The translations under genes and the position numbers were made by a program. This document shows, piece after piece, positions 37,257-49,094 of a stretch of 64,000 nucleotides of DNA. Below the pieces are notes generated by a model. That model was given only the letters and a program-made list of their open reading frames with translations. It did no database searches and had not been told where the DNA came from. The stretch lies in the NCBI GenBank assembly GCA_038087875.1, contig JAXLNO010005073.1:186001-250000 (forward strand), written 5' to 3'. Numbering within the stretch: the first letter of the stretch is position 1; the number at the start of each line of letters is the position of its first letter. Origin of the DNA: Malacoraja senta (Eukaryota).

Positions 37257-38964
37257 GTAAAGTACATGAAGACATCCTTAATGCAGCACAGATTCCCCAC
37301 ATTATCAATCACAATGTTATCTCTGTTACAAGGAGAAAAGAACAATATGTTTTGGATAAGAAAAGTATCTGTTTGTGCTTATGTTGTTGAGAAATTGATT
37401 TCAGACTTTTTGTGTTCAATTAAAGCATTATTTATGCAATGTGGATTGTCCTGTCTACCTGCGTTGCCATGAGGAGTCTGCTGTATGATTTCAGGTGCTG
37501 TTCTGCAATGATCTGACCACGTGGTGATTGTGTCACCATCCCCTGTGTAAACCATTATCAAATAAACATGCCAGAAGTTGAAGTATAGCTAGTGTAGTCA
37601 TGTAGAAAATATGGTCCTCAATTTGCCCTCAACATGTTCCTATTTACTGAGGGATGAATATTGGCCAGGAAACCAGGAGACCAAGGCATCTCCACTGCAC
37701 TTTGGTGATTCACGTTCCAAAATCTATTGTGTCCCAAGAGGCCAGAAGGGGCCTCAGTTTAACAAATAATCTTTAATCTGGTGAGGCCAATGCTGCAACA
37801 ATCCCAAATGGCAACAGAGTGTTTGGCTCCACTGTGTGTTCAAATTTGGGGTTGTGCCTGAGGGTTTATTCTGTGTTGTTGAACAAACTGATCAGACGGG
37901 TATCGGTCTAGTACAACAGTTCATCAAGGTCACTGACACATGGAATACTCAATTCTTAAAGCTTCCCTTATATTTATATAAATCAACATTTTTTTCCCAT
38001 TAAAAAAATAAACCATTCCAATAACTGATCATTAGAAATATAAAATTACACATTGAATATATTAACTCTATGTATAATTATAAATTCAGTTGCTCCTTTA
38101 CTTGTCATCTTGACTTGTGAAAACTCTGCAGTGCAAAGATGCATTTGTCCACTCTCCAGATATTTTCAACTCTGCTAGGCACCTCCACATGTTGGCCTTA
38201 CCTCATTCATGGTCTCCTGTGCCTTCCCACCCATGTTCTGTCCAGCAATGGCTCTATCGTGGAATCCATACCGTAACTCAAATCCATGCTCATCCTGTAC
38301 CTCATATTCTCCATCACCATCTTCTTGGGCATCCTGTCCATGTAACACATGATCTATCCATGTAATTTGACTTCTGTCACTCATTCCCATCATTGCACCA
38401 CCATTTTATTCACAATATTTTTCCTGAACTGAATCCGAATTCTCAGATTATCAAATAGGATTTAAACCTGTGCTTCTGGACTATTAATCTCAAAGAGTCT
38501 TGGATTAATATCCAGTTAACCTATGACAATCCAAAAGTACATCAAAGTAAGCAAACTAAATAATGTACCCATTAACAGGAGTCAGCACAACACATTTGAA
38601 AGTAAGTTGGAGAGAAACACATCACCAATTCTAAATCTGGTAATGTTGGGTAAAATTAATTACATATTGTGTTTATCATATTTGTGGAAAACGGAGTTAA
38701 TGGAATCTCTATTGTGTTTTGTTCAATGTGTGAAATTAAATTGTATGTAAAATCATGAGGGGAATAGATAGGGTGAGTGTGCAGAGTCTTTGACCCAGTA
38801 TAAAGTAATCAAAAACTAGAAGACATAGGTTTAAGTTGAGAGGAACCTGAGTGGCAGCTTTTTCACTCAGATGATGGTGGTTATATGGAACAAGCTGACA
38901 GAGAAGGTCGTAGAGGAAGGAACTATAACTGCATTTAAAAGACACTTAGGTAGGTACATGAACC

Positions 38965-39860
38965 ACCGGGTGGCACCGCAATGGCTGCCTCGCCAACAGT
39001 CTGTCTCGTCCTTTTCCTTCTTTGATGTTTTTTAGTATGTGTTAGATGGATGTTTTAGTGTTCTTTAGCTTTATTTTATGTGGGGGGTGGAGGGAGGTTG
39101 GGGGAAACTTTTTTAGATCTCTTACCTCGACGAAGATGCATTTTTTTCCGTATGGTATCTCCATCCGCATCCGCACTGTGGCCTAACATCGAGGTGCTGG
39201 CGGCCTCTTGCTGGGGAATGACTTCGGGAGCTCCAACCGTGGGAGCCTGCAGGATATAATGATCGTGGAGCTGGTGGTCCCTGTCGGGGATCGACCTTGG
39301 AGCTCCAACCGTGGAGCCTGCAGGATATAACATTGTGGAGCTTGTGGTCCCTGTCGGGGATCGACCTTGGAGCTCCAACCGCGGGTGCCTGCAGGATATA
39401 ACATTGTGGAGCTTGTGGTCCCTCTCGGGGATCGACCTTGGAGCTCCAACCGTGGTCTGCAGATTTAACATCGTGGAGCTGGTGGTCCCTGTCGGGGATC
39501 GACCTTGGAGCTCCAACCGTGGAGCCTGCAGATTTAACATCGTGGAGCACGTGGTTAGGGATCGACTACGGGACCTCCAAGCCGCAGGAGCTTCGACTGC
39601 CCTGACCTGGGGGCTTCAATCGTCAGCTGTGGGAGCTTCTATCACCCCGACTGCGAATGGTTCGACTGCCCCGACCACGGGAGAATAAAGAGTGAAGAAG
39701 ATTAGACTTTATTACCTTCCATCACAGTGAGGAATGTGGAGAATCCACTGTGGTGGATGTTTATATTAACTTTTCTGTAGTTGTGTGTCTTGTTGCTTTT
39801 TCTAGTATGACTATGATAAATTGAGTTTAATTGCACCTTAATTGGTGCACATGAAAATAA
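38965..39860 (+). mobile_element. SINE-like retroposon with about 5 internal 67-71 bp tandem repeats (39228-39560)
   Basis: GGGGATCGACCTTGGAGCTCCAACCG repeats; 3' tail like 1480-1620. Confidence 0.55.
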
Positions 39861-39901
39861 AATACATTTGAAGCTTTGGAGAAGAAAGGTTAAGGTCATG
39901 G

Positions 39902-40128
39902 TGTAGCGGAAACTGCTGGCGCACATAGATATCGAACCCAGCGTTGGGAAGCTGCGGTCACGTGACTCGGGAGGGGCTGCTGTTTTCGTGCGGTTTCGTT
40001 TTGGCACCACAGTTGTTTTGCTGACCACCGTTGTGATCAGACGTGTATGCAGAGACCTTTTTGCTAAGGATCGAGTGTTCAATAAAAACCGTTCAGAAAA
40101 CGTAGTCGTGGTTTCTGCATCCGTTAAA
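39902..40128 (+). mobile_element. Solo LTR, 227 bp, with 4-bp TSD ATGG
   Basis: TGTAGCGG...CCGTTA(A)A termini, AATAAA at 40081, ATGG at 39898-901 and 40129-132. Confidence 0.7.
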
Positions 40129-40288
40129 ATGGGTGAATTGCAGGCACATGGGTCTAGCTTGGATGGGGCAACTTGGATGGTATAGACTAGTTGAGCCAAA
40201 GGACATGGTTCTGTGCTGTATGACTCTATGACTCTTTGACTTTATAAAAAGGTGATAACAATTTAAATTGTGCCCTCTCTCTAAACAG

Positions 40289-40387
40289 GTTTGGGCAATC
40301 AAAGACAGACAGCTCCACCATCAAAAAGAAACACAGAAAGTGAATCTCAACTTTAAGGCAACCTTGAAGAAATTCAGCAGATGGCAG
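40289..40387 (+). CDS. Candidate cytoplasmic-tail exon GLGNQRQTAPPSKRNTESESQL*GNLEEIQQMA
   Basis: Pyrimidine-rich CCCTCTCTCTAAACAG acceptor, phase 1 compatible; TAA at 40354-56; cut by LTR at 40389. Confidence 0.5.
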
Positions 40388-40877
40388 GTGTAGTGGCCAT
40401 TTGGCCTGTTTTACATGTCATTGATGATGGCATGTGCCTTTAAATTTTAGACTGCCCGTTGTATTGTGGGTGGGATTTATGACGTGTTTTTGGGCGTGTT
40501 TGGAACTTAGATGCTTGCGCAGAAGTCTAGTTTTTAGATTAGTTTGGAGAGACGATGGAGAAGGTCAATCCTTCGACCATGTCAATGTTACGGAGACACG
40601 AGGAGTTTTGTAATGTTTAAAGTTGCAAGTTGGGATTGAAGGAAGATTGCAGTAACGAGTCGGGAGAAACTTGGATGTATCTTGCTGTTTACCATCAACA
40701 ATAACGCATTTATTCAACAAAAGACTGCGTGTTGAAGCTTTATGAGTGAAGAAGCTCTGAAGGTGTCTGAGGAAGCTTGCATGCGTATCGAAGATATTCC
40801 CCTTATCCATTCTCATCCAAATAGCTGCTTGAGAATTTGTTTCTCAAAAGATAAGAAAAATCTGCCGTTACAATAAC

Positions 40878-41102
40878 TCGAAGGGAACCCCCGACAGGGG
40901 GATTAAATACTAGTCCCAGAGAGTGGGACAGAAGATTAAATCAAAGGGAACCTCCGGCAGGGGGGTTAAGTACTAGTCCCAGAGAGTGGGACAGAAGATT
41001 AAATCGAAGGGAACCTCCGGCAGGGGGGTTAAATACTAGTCCCAGAGAGTGGGACAGAAGATTAAATCAAAGGGAACCTCCGGCTGGGGGGTTAAATACT
41101 AG
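40878..41102. repeat. 63-bp tandem repeat, 3.5 copies, directly after the 5' LTR
   Basis: TAGTCCCAGAGAGTGGGAC at 40911, 40974, 41037. Confidence 0.9.
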
Positions 41103-43353
41103 AAAGGGACATTGAGGGTGGTCTTTGACTGTGCTGCAGTCTTTAAAGGTACATCGCTTAACAGTGAACTACTGCAAGGTCCAGACCTTATCAACCCACT
41201 CATTGGAGTTCTCATCAAATTTAAGCAAGAACCGATTGCTTTAATGGCTGACATCAGATCGATGTTTCATCAAGTGAAAGTAGCTGGTGAACACATTAAT
41301 TACCTGCGATTCTTATTGTGGCCTGAAGGGGATGTGCAGCAAGATCTTGTTGATTACCGATTGAAAGTACATCTCTTTGGAGCCGTGTCATCTCCAAGTT
41401 GTGCGAACTTCGCTTTAAGGAAGACCGCAGAGGATAATAAAGAGTATTTGCCAGAGGAGGTAATTTCCACTTTGAAAAATAATTTCTACGTGGACGATTG
41501 CCTAAAATCCATATCTACTGAGCAGAAAGCAATTCAAATGGTAAAACACCAGACCTCTCTCTGCAATAAGGGAGGATTTGTACTTTCCAAGTGGATCAGC
41601 AACAATCGTGTTGTATTGGAAAGCATTCCACCAGATGACAGAGCTGAAGAAACCAAGGAGTTGGATTTAGTTAAAGACAATTTGCCAATGGAAAGGGCAC
41701 TGGGACTGCACTGGTGCATGGAGACGGATGTGTTTAAGTTTAAATTGTCGATTCAGGAGCGACCATGTACAAGAAGGGGTATCTTTTCTGTGATTGGCTC
41801 AGTATACGACCCTTTGAGAATTCTTGCACCATTTACACTGCCAGCCAAGTTAATTTTACAAAACCTTTGTAAGGAAAAACTTGGATGGGATGAGAGTATA
41901 ACTCAAACATCCTCGCACCGTTGGCCAGAATGGTTAACGGACTCCATCAAATTTCAAAGTTTAAGGTGGATCGGTGCATAAAGCCTAAAAACTTTGGTAA
42001 GATCAGAAGTGCACAATTGCATCATTTTTCGGATGTCAGTGAAAGTGGTTACAGGACTGTTTCATATTAAAGACTGCAAAATGTTAGCAAAAGAGTGCAT
42101 GTTGCATTCTTAATGAGAAAAGCCAGAGTGGCACCACTGAAACAAATGACGATTCCCAGAATGGAACTTACAGCAGCAGTCTTAGCTGTTAAAATTGACA
42201 TAATGCTGCAAAAGGAACTACAATTTCAACTGGAAGAATCTATCTTCTGGACCGATAGCACTACGGTTCTGAAATACATCAATAATGAAAACAAACGCTT
42301 TATGACATTTGTAGCAAATAGAGTCTCCTTTGTATTGGGAGCTACTAATGTTTCTCAATGGAGATATGTTAGCACCAAAGAAAATCCTGCGGATGAAGCC
42401 TCTAGAGGACTAACAGCAAATTGTTTTCTAAACAACAGGAGATGGATCAATGTGCCCAAGTTTCTTTGTGAACAAAGCAGAGAATGGCCAAAGCTTGAAC
42501 TCGGATATGAAATCTCTGTAAATGATCCGGAAATTAAACAAAACATTTCGGTGATTGTGATTGCTAAAGACTCATATGACACCGTGAACAATTTAATTAC
42601 CCACTTTTCATCATGGAATAAATTGATAACTTCTTAAGATAAATTGATAATTGTTCTTAAAATAAAAACAAGATTATTGCTGGCGGCTCGAGAAAGGAGA
42701 CAAATTACAGAGTATCCTGGGAGAGAATCCTGATAAACGGAAAGGAGAGATTGAAGGCCAGATGCAAGTTTTTGAAGCTTCATATGACGTACAGGATTTA
42801 CGTCTTGATGATGTCCTCAAGGCGGAAAATGCGATCATCTCTTTCTGTCAAAGACAGAAATACAAAGAAGAAATATTAACATTGGAAGCTGGAGGACAGG
42901 GGGTAAAAAGAAACAGTCAATTGTACAAGCTCGACCCAGTCTGGGAGGAAGGTCTTCTGCGGATGGGTGGTCGCCTAAACAAATTGGCAATGCCCGTAAA
43001 AACTAAACATCCTATCATTCTCTCAAAGGACTTTTACATAACGACATTATTTTTACGACATATTCATGAACAAGTTAGACATGGAGGAAGAAATTATATG
43101 TTGTCCCAACTTGGTAACAAATATTGGGTTATCAAGGCTGATTCTGCAGCATCACGAGGTTCTTGGTTGATGGGAAGAATACTAGAAATCATGCCTCACG
43201 TTCGGGGTTTGGTGCGTATGGTACGTCTTAAAACAAAAAACTATGTTTTAATAAGATCAATAACCAAGTTGTGTTTGCTTCTAGAAGGCGAAGGTGATGA
43301 TGGAAGAGTCGATGAAGGGCCATGATTGCGGATATATAGTGCATGCTATTTTT

Positions 43354-43428
43354 TCCTCGTTAGTATCGTGTTTAGTATCCCTGCCTGTCACGCGTTAGAC
43401 CGGGGTTCAATTTGCCGACGAGGAGCCA
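43354..43428 (+). tRNA. tRNA-Asp(GTC) pseudogene with 3' CCA inside the BEL 3' untranslated region
   Basis: TCCTCGTTAGTAT...CCTGTCACGCG..ACCGGGGTTCAATTTGCCGACGAGGAG-CCA; 72+3 nt; perfect acceptor stem, damaged anticodon and T stems. Confidence 0.85.
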
Positions 43429-43795
43429 CAGGGTTTAATTCCCTGACCTTTTGCTTTTGATATATGTATAGCCTTTATGGCCATTTTTTAAATGTTTATT
43501 AGTAATTGCCTCGTTAGATACTCGGAACAATTAGGAGCCGGTATGTAGTGGCCATTTGGCCTGTTTTGCATGTCACTGATGATGGCATGTGCCTTTAAAT
43601 TTTAGACTGCCCGTTGTATTGTGGGTGGGATTTATGACGTGTTTTTAGGCGTGTTTGGAGCTTAGATGCTTGCGCAGGTCTAGTTTTTAGATTAGTTTGG
43701 AGAGACGATGGAGAAGGTCAATCCTTCAACCATGTCAATGTTACGGAGACACGAGGAGTTGTGTAATGTTTAAAGTTGCAAGTTGGAATTGAAGG

Positions 43796-46700
43796 GACTC
43801 AAATAGAGAATGCTATTAGACAGTGTGTGAGGCAGGAGGCAGAGAAGGAAAGCACTCAGACCCAACATGTAGGGGGGAAAGAAGAAAACAATAATAAACA
43901 GAGAATAAGAGGTGGTGGGGTTCTTAAACGGGTGAGCAGAGAAACAGAGGGGTGTAAAATGCGGGCGGAAGCAATAGGTAGCAAGGTGAAAAGTAAAAGT
44001 GGCAGGCAGACAAATCCACGGCAAAAATCAAAAAGAGCCACTTTTCAACATCATTGTATAAGGGGTAAGAGCGTTGTAAAAACAAGCCTGAAGGCTTTGT
44101 GTCTCAATGCAAGGAGCATTCGTAATAAGGTGGATCAGTTGAACGTGCAGATAGCAATTAATGATTATGATATAGTTGGGATCACGGAGACATGGCTCCA
44201 GGGTGACCAAGGCTAGGAGCTGAACATCCAGGGATATTCAATATTTAGGAGGGATAGAGAGAAAGGAAAAGGAGGTGGGGTAGCGTTGCTGGTTAGAGAG
44301 GAGATTAACGCAGTGGAAAGGAAGGACATTAGCTTGGAGGATGTGGAATCGGTATGTGTAGAGCTGCGAAACACTAAGGGGCAGAAAACGCTGGTGGGTG
44401 TTGTGTACAGGCCACCTAGCAGTAGTAGTTAAGTTGGGGATGGCATCAAACAGGAAATTAGAAATGCGTGCAACAAAGGCAAAACAGTTATAATGGGTGA
44501 CTTCAATCTACATATAGATTGGGTGAATCAAATTGGCAGGGGTGCTGAGGAAGAGGATTTCTTGGAATGTATGAGGGATAGTTATCTAAACCAACATGTA
44601 GAGGAACCAACGAGAGAGCAGGCTATTCTAGACTGGGTATTGAGTAATGAGGAAGGGTTAGTTAGCAGACTTGTTGTGCGTGCCCCCTTGGGCAAGAGTG
44701 ACCATAATATGGTTGAGTTCTTCATTAGGATGGAGAGTGACATTGTTAATTCAGAAACAACGGTTCTGAACTTAAAGAAAGGTAACTTTGAGGGTATGAG
44801 ACGTGAATTGGCCAAGATTGACTGGCAATTCGTTCTAAAAGGGTTGACGGTGGACATGCAATGGAAGGCATTTAAAGACTGCATGGATGAACTACAAAAA
44901 TTGTTCATCCCAGTTTGGCAAAAGAATAAATCAGGGAAGGTAGTGCATCTGTGGATAACAAGGGAAATCAGGGATAGTATCAAAGCAAAAGATGATGCGT
45001 ACAAATTAGCCAGAAAAAGCAGCATACCAGAGGACTGGGAGAAATTCAGAGACCAGCAGAGGAGGACAAAGGGCTTAATTAGGAAAGGGGAAATAGATTA
45101 TGAAAGGAAACTGGCAGGGAACATAAAAACTGACTGCAAAAGTTTTTATAGATATGTGAAGAGAAAGAGATTAGTTAAAACAAATGTAGGTCCCTTGCAG
45201 TCATAAACAGGTGAATTGATCATGGGGAACAAGGATATGGCGGACCAATTGAATAACTACTTTGGTTCCGTCTTCACTAAGGAAGACATAAATAATCTGC
45301 CGGAAATAGCAGGGGGCCGCGGGTCAAAGGAGATGGAGGAACTGAGTGAAATCCAGGTTAGTCGGGAAGTGGTGTTGGGTAAATTGAATGGATTAAAGGC
45401 CGATAAATCACCAGGGCCAGATAGGCTGCATCCCAGAGTACTTAAGGAAGTAGCTCCAGAAATAGTGGATGCATTAGTGATAATTTTTCAAAACTCTTTA
45501 GATTCTGGAGTAGATCCTGAGGATTGGAGGGTAACAAACGTAACCCCACTTTTTAAGAAGCGAGGGAGAGAGAAAACGGGGAATTACAGACCAGTTAGTC
45601 TAACATCGGTAGTGGGGAAACTGCTAGAGTCAGTTATTAAAGATGGGATAGCAGCACATTTGGAAAGTGGTGAAATCATTGGACAAAGTCAGCATGGATT
45701 TACGAAAGGTAAATCGTGTCTGACGAATCTTATAGAATTTTTCGAGGATGTAACTAGTAGAGTGGATAGGGGAGAACCAGTGGATGTGTTGTATCTGGAC
45801 TTTCAGAAGGCTTTCGACAAGGTACCACATAAGAGATTAGGATACAAACTTAAATCACACGGTATTGGGGGTTCAGTATTGATGTGGATAGAGAACTGGC
45901 TGGCAAACAGGAAGCAAAGAGTAGGAGCAAACGGGTCCTTTTCACAATGGCAGGCAGTGACTAGTGGGGTACCGCAAGGCTCAGTGCTGGGACCCCAGCT
46001 ATTTACAATTTATATTAATGATCTCGACGAGGGAATTGAAAGCAACATCTCCAAGTTTGCGGATGACACGAAGCTGGGGGGCAGTGTTAGCTGTGAGGAG
46101 GATGCTAGGAGACTGCAAGGTGACTTGGATAGGCTGGGTGAGTGGGCAAATGTTTGGCAGATGCAGTATAATGTGGATAAATGTGAGGTTATCCACTTTG
46201 GTGGCAAAAACGGGAAGGCAGACTATTATCTATATGGTGGCCGATTAGGAAATGGGGAGATGCAGCGAGACCTGGGTGTCATGGTACACCAGTCATTGAA
46301 AGTAGGCATGCAGGTGCAGCAGGCAGTGAAGAAAGCGAATGGTATGTTGGCCTTCATAGCAAGAGGATTTGAGTATAGGAGCAGGGAGGTTCTACTGCAG
46401 TTGTGCAGGGCCTTGGTGAGACCACACCTGGAGTATTGCGTACAGTTTTGGTCTCCAAATCTGAGGAAGGACATTATAGCCATAGAGGGAGTGCAGAGAA
46501 GGTTCACCAGACTGATTCCTGGGATGTCAGGACTTTCATATGAAGAAAGACTGGATAGACTTGGCTTATACTCGCTAGAATTTAGGAGATTGAGAGGGGA
46601 TCTTATAGAAACGTACAACATTCTTATGGGGATGGACAGGCTACATGCAGGAAGATTGTTCCCGATGTTGGGGAAGTCCAGGACAAGGGGTCACAGCTTA

Positions 46701-46995
46701 AGGATAAGGGGGAAAACCTTTAAGACCGAGATGAGGAAAAACGTTTTCACACAGAGAGTGGTGAATCTCTGGAACTCTCTGCCACAGAGGGTAGTTGAGG
46801 CCAGTTCATTGGCTATATTTAAGAGGGAGTTAGATGTGGCCCTTGTGGCTAAAGGGATCAGGGGGTATGGAGAGAAGGCAGGTATGGGATACTGAGTTGG
46901 ATGATCAGCCATGATCATATTGAATGGCGGTGCAGGCTCGAAGGACCGAATGGCCTACTCCTGCACCTATTTTCTTTGTATCTATGTATCTATGT
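43796..46995 (+). mobile_element. CR1 LINE, 5' truncated, ORF2 (APE-RT) with stops, nested in the BEL 3' LTR
   Basis: LCLNARSIRNK, GDFN, YLDFQKAFD, FADD; (CTATGTAT)n tail; LTR resumes at 46996. Confidence 0.95.
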
Positions 46996-47210
46996 ATTGC
47001 AGTAACGAGTCGGGAAGAAACTTGGATGTATCTTGCTGTTTACCATCAACAATAAATCATTTATTCAACAAAAGACTGTGTTGAAGCTTTATGAGTGAAG
47101 AAGCTCTGAAGGTCACTGAGGAAGCTTGCATGTGTTCCCCTCATCCATTCTCATCCAAATAGCGGCTAGAGAACTCGTTTCTCAAAAGATAAGAAAAATC
47201 TGCCGCTACA

Positions 47211-47535
47211 CCGATGTTGGGTGAGTCCAGAACCAGGGGCCACTGTTTAAGAATAAGGGGTAAGCCATTTAGAACGGAGACGATGAAACACTTTTTCTCA
47301 CAGAGAATTGTGAATATGTGGAATTCTCTGCCTCAGAGGGCGGTGGAGGCAGGTTCACTGGATGCTTTCAAGAGAGAGCAAGATAGGACTCTTAAAGATA
47401 GCGGATTCAGGGCATATGGGGAGAAGGCAGGAATGGGGTACTGATTGGGAATGATCAGCGATGATCACATTGAATGGCGGTGCTGGATCGAAGGGCCGAA
47501 TGGCCTACTCCTGCACCTATTGTCTATTGTCTATT
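47211..47535 (+). mobile_element. CR1 3' fragment
   Basis: MLGESRTRGH..FFSQRIVNMWNSLP; (CTATTGT)n tail. Confidence 0.85.
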
Positions 47536-47539
47536 GTAG

Positions 47540-48250
47540 GCTAACAAAGTAGTCGAAGTGTTTACAATACATTCGGCATTTCTGATCTGTTTAAATTCGG
47601 ATAATGACATGATGTTGCATTTGGCTCCAGTGTCGATCTTTGCAACAGTAATGGTGTTGACATGAAGTGAAACTTCAGGGTTAAGTTGCTTGTTAGTGGA
47701 AGCAACCAAGGAGTTTATGTTATGGCTGCTATCTACATGCTCAGGGAGTAGAGCTGGAGGTGGCGCTGCTAGCTCTTGGTACTTACTATCAGCAGCTTCA
47801 TGTTTTAACCAGTGTACAGACTGCCTTGGGAGTGATCGGATTCCACGAGTACTGCAACATTTTGAGAAATTATTTCTTCTTTTGCAAAAATGGCATATTT
47901 TTCCGAGAGCAAAGCAAAGATTGCGATCTGCAGGGTGGGAGCCGCTACAGTTAGAACACTTTCCAATAATCTTTGAGATTGTCGAGATGATGTGTGGGGT
48001 TGTGAGCGCTATTTACGGTAGGAAGTGTCGATAGCATCGACATGGTATGAGGAATGCGGTCCAGGTCCCAATGACCTGGTGTGAGAGGTCATGATCTCAT
48101 TAATACGACAAGCATGTTCAGCTCGGGCAAGTTTCAGTTCAGTATCACAAAGTAATTCATCGCATACTTTATCACTGAGAATTCCACCCATAGGCTGTGG
48201 ACCGAGCATCAAAAATGTGTCTAGAAATCCATTTTCGTGACCCACGTCAC
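47540..48250 (-). mobile_element. Degenerate Gypsy gag-protease fragment
   Basis: KIDTGAKCN aspartic protease motif; decayed zinc knuckle; ELLCDTELKLARAEHACRINE gag-like. Confidence 0.65.
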
Positions 48251-49094
48251 GGAACTACATGAAATTTTCCACAGATTTAGATGAAATATAATTGAGAAGG
48301 AACTCATAACTCGTCATTCCCAAAAGTTGCACATTAATTAATTAAACTAATTAGAAAATGAGATAGGGAAAGTAAGCCATATATATATATATATATATGA
48401 CTTGTAAATATGACTGTAATCATATATAGTTAAGTATAATTATATCATAAAAAATAATATGATGAATATAATTGTGTGTTTTTTTAATGACACTGTCGCA
48501 GAGGTCCTGCTCCTGAACCAGCCTAATTAATGGGTGAGGGCAGTTCTTGTGGGTTCCTCCCTTTACTGAACCCCACTGACTGCCAATGTGCAGAGTGGGG
48601 GTCACGGCCATAGTGGGACAGGGGCAGTTCCAGGCTGGGGGACAGCCCTTCAAGGCATCTTCCAGTTGTTTTAATAGGAAATTTAATGAGACTGCAGCAG
48701 AGGTCCCAGGTTTTTTAAATTTTATTTTATTATTTTTTTAAATTATTTTTATTAGAAGTACGGTAAATTACAGTAATACACAACACTTATATCTTAATAC
48801 ATTTTTTATACCGCTTCATTTTTTTGAGCTTTAAGAGAAAGATAGAAGTAAGAAAAGTAAAGAAAGTGCGCAAGAGTCGTGAGGTGCAAGAGAGTGTTGT
48901 GAAAAGAAAGCCCCTTAGAAAAGAAGTTAGAGAAGGAAGTAAAGTAAGAAAGTAGATCCTAGAAAAGAAAGAAAAAGAAAGTAGGAACAATCGCAGAAAG
49001 GGAACCACCAACCAAGTCTGTTTTTATTGTTTTACCTCCCATTACCAGGTCCTTATACCATTTATTTATTTATTTATTTTTTAAATTACTATTG

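Larger units (their letters stand above)
22331..40356 (+). pseudogene. Eight-Ig-domain type I membrane receptor, CD4/LAG-3-like IgSF, carrying one in-frame stop
   Basis: Eleven exons with canonical AG/GT sites, all phase 1, total 2715 nt (904 codons plus stop); TAA at 27021-27023; last exon inferred. Confidence 0.7.
40389..47210 (+). mobile_element. BEL/Pao LTR retrotransposon, internally deleted; LTRs 40389-40872 and 43544-47210 (split by CR1)
   Basis: TGTAGTGG..CCG(T/C)TACA LTRs; [33 protein letters not shown]; gag/protease and integrase core missing; no TSD. Confidence 0.93.

Noticed and set aside
37496-37512. Short alternative tail GAVLQ* after a GATTTCAG acceptor
   Set aside because: Phase-compatible but featureless, with no supporting evidence
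39076-39688. Repetitive ORFs on both strands
   Set aside because: Products of the roughly 70-bp tandem repeat in a SINE-like element
22331-40356. Assigning the symbol CD4 or LAG3
   Set aside because: Eight domains, unsplit V exons, no syntenic neighbours in view and an uncertain tail; similarity is family-level only
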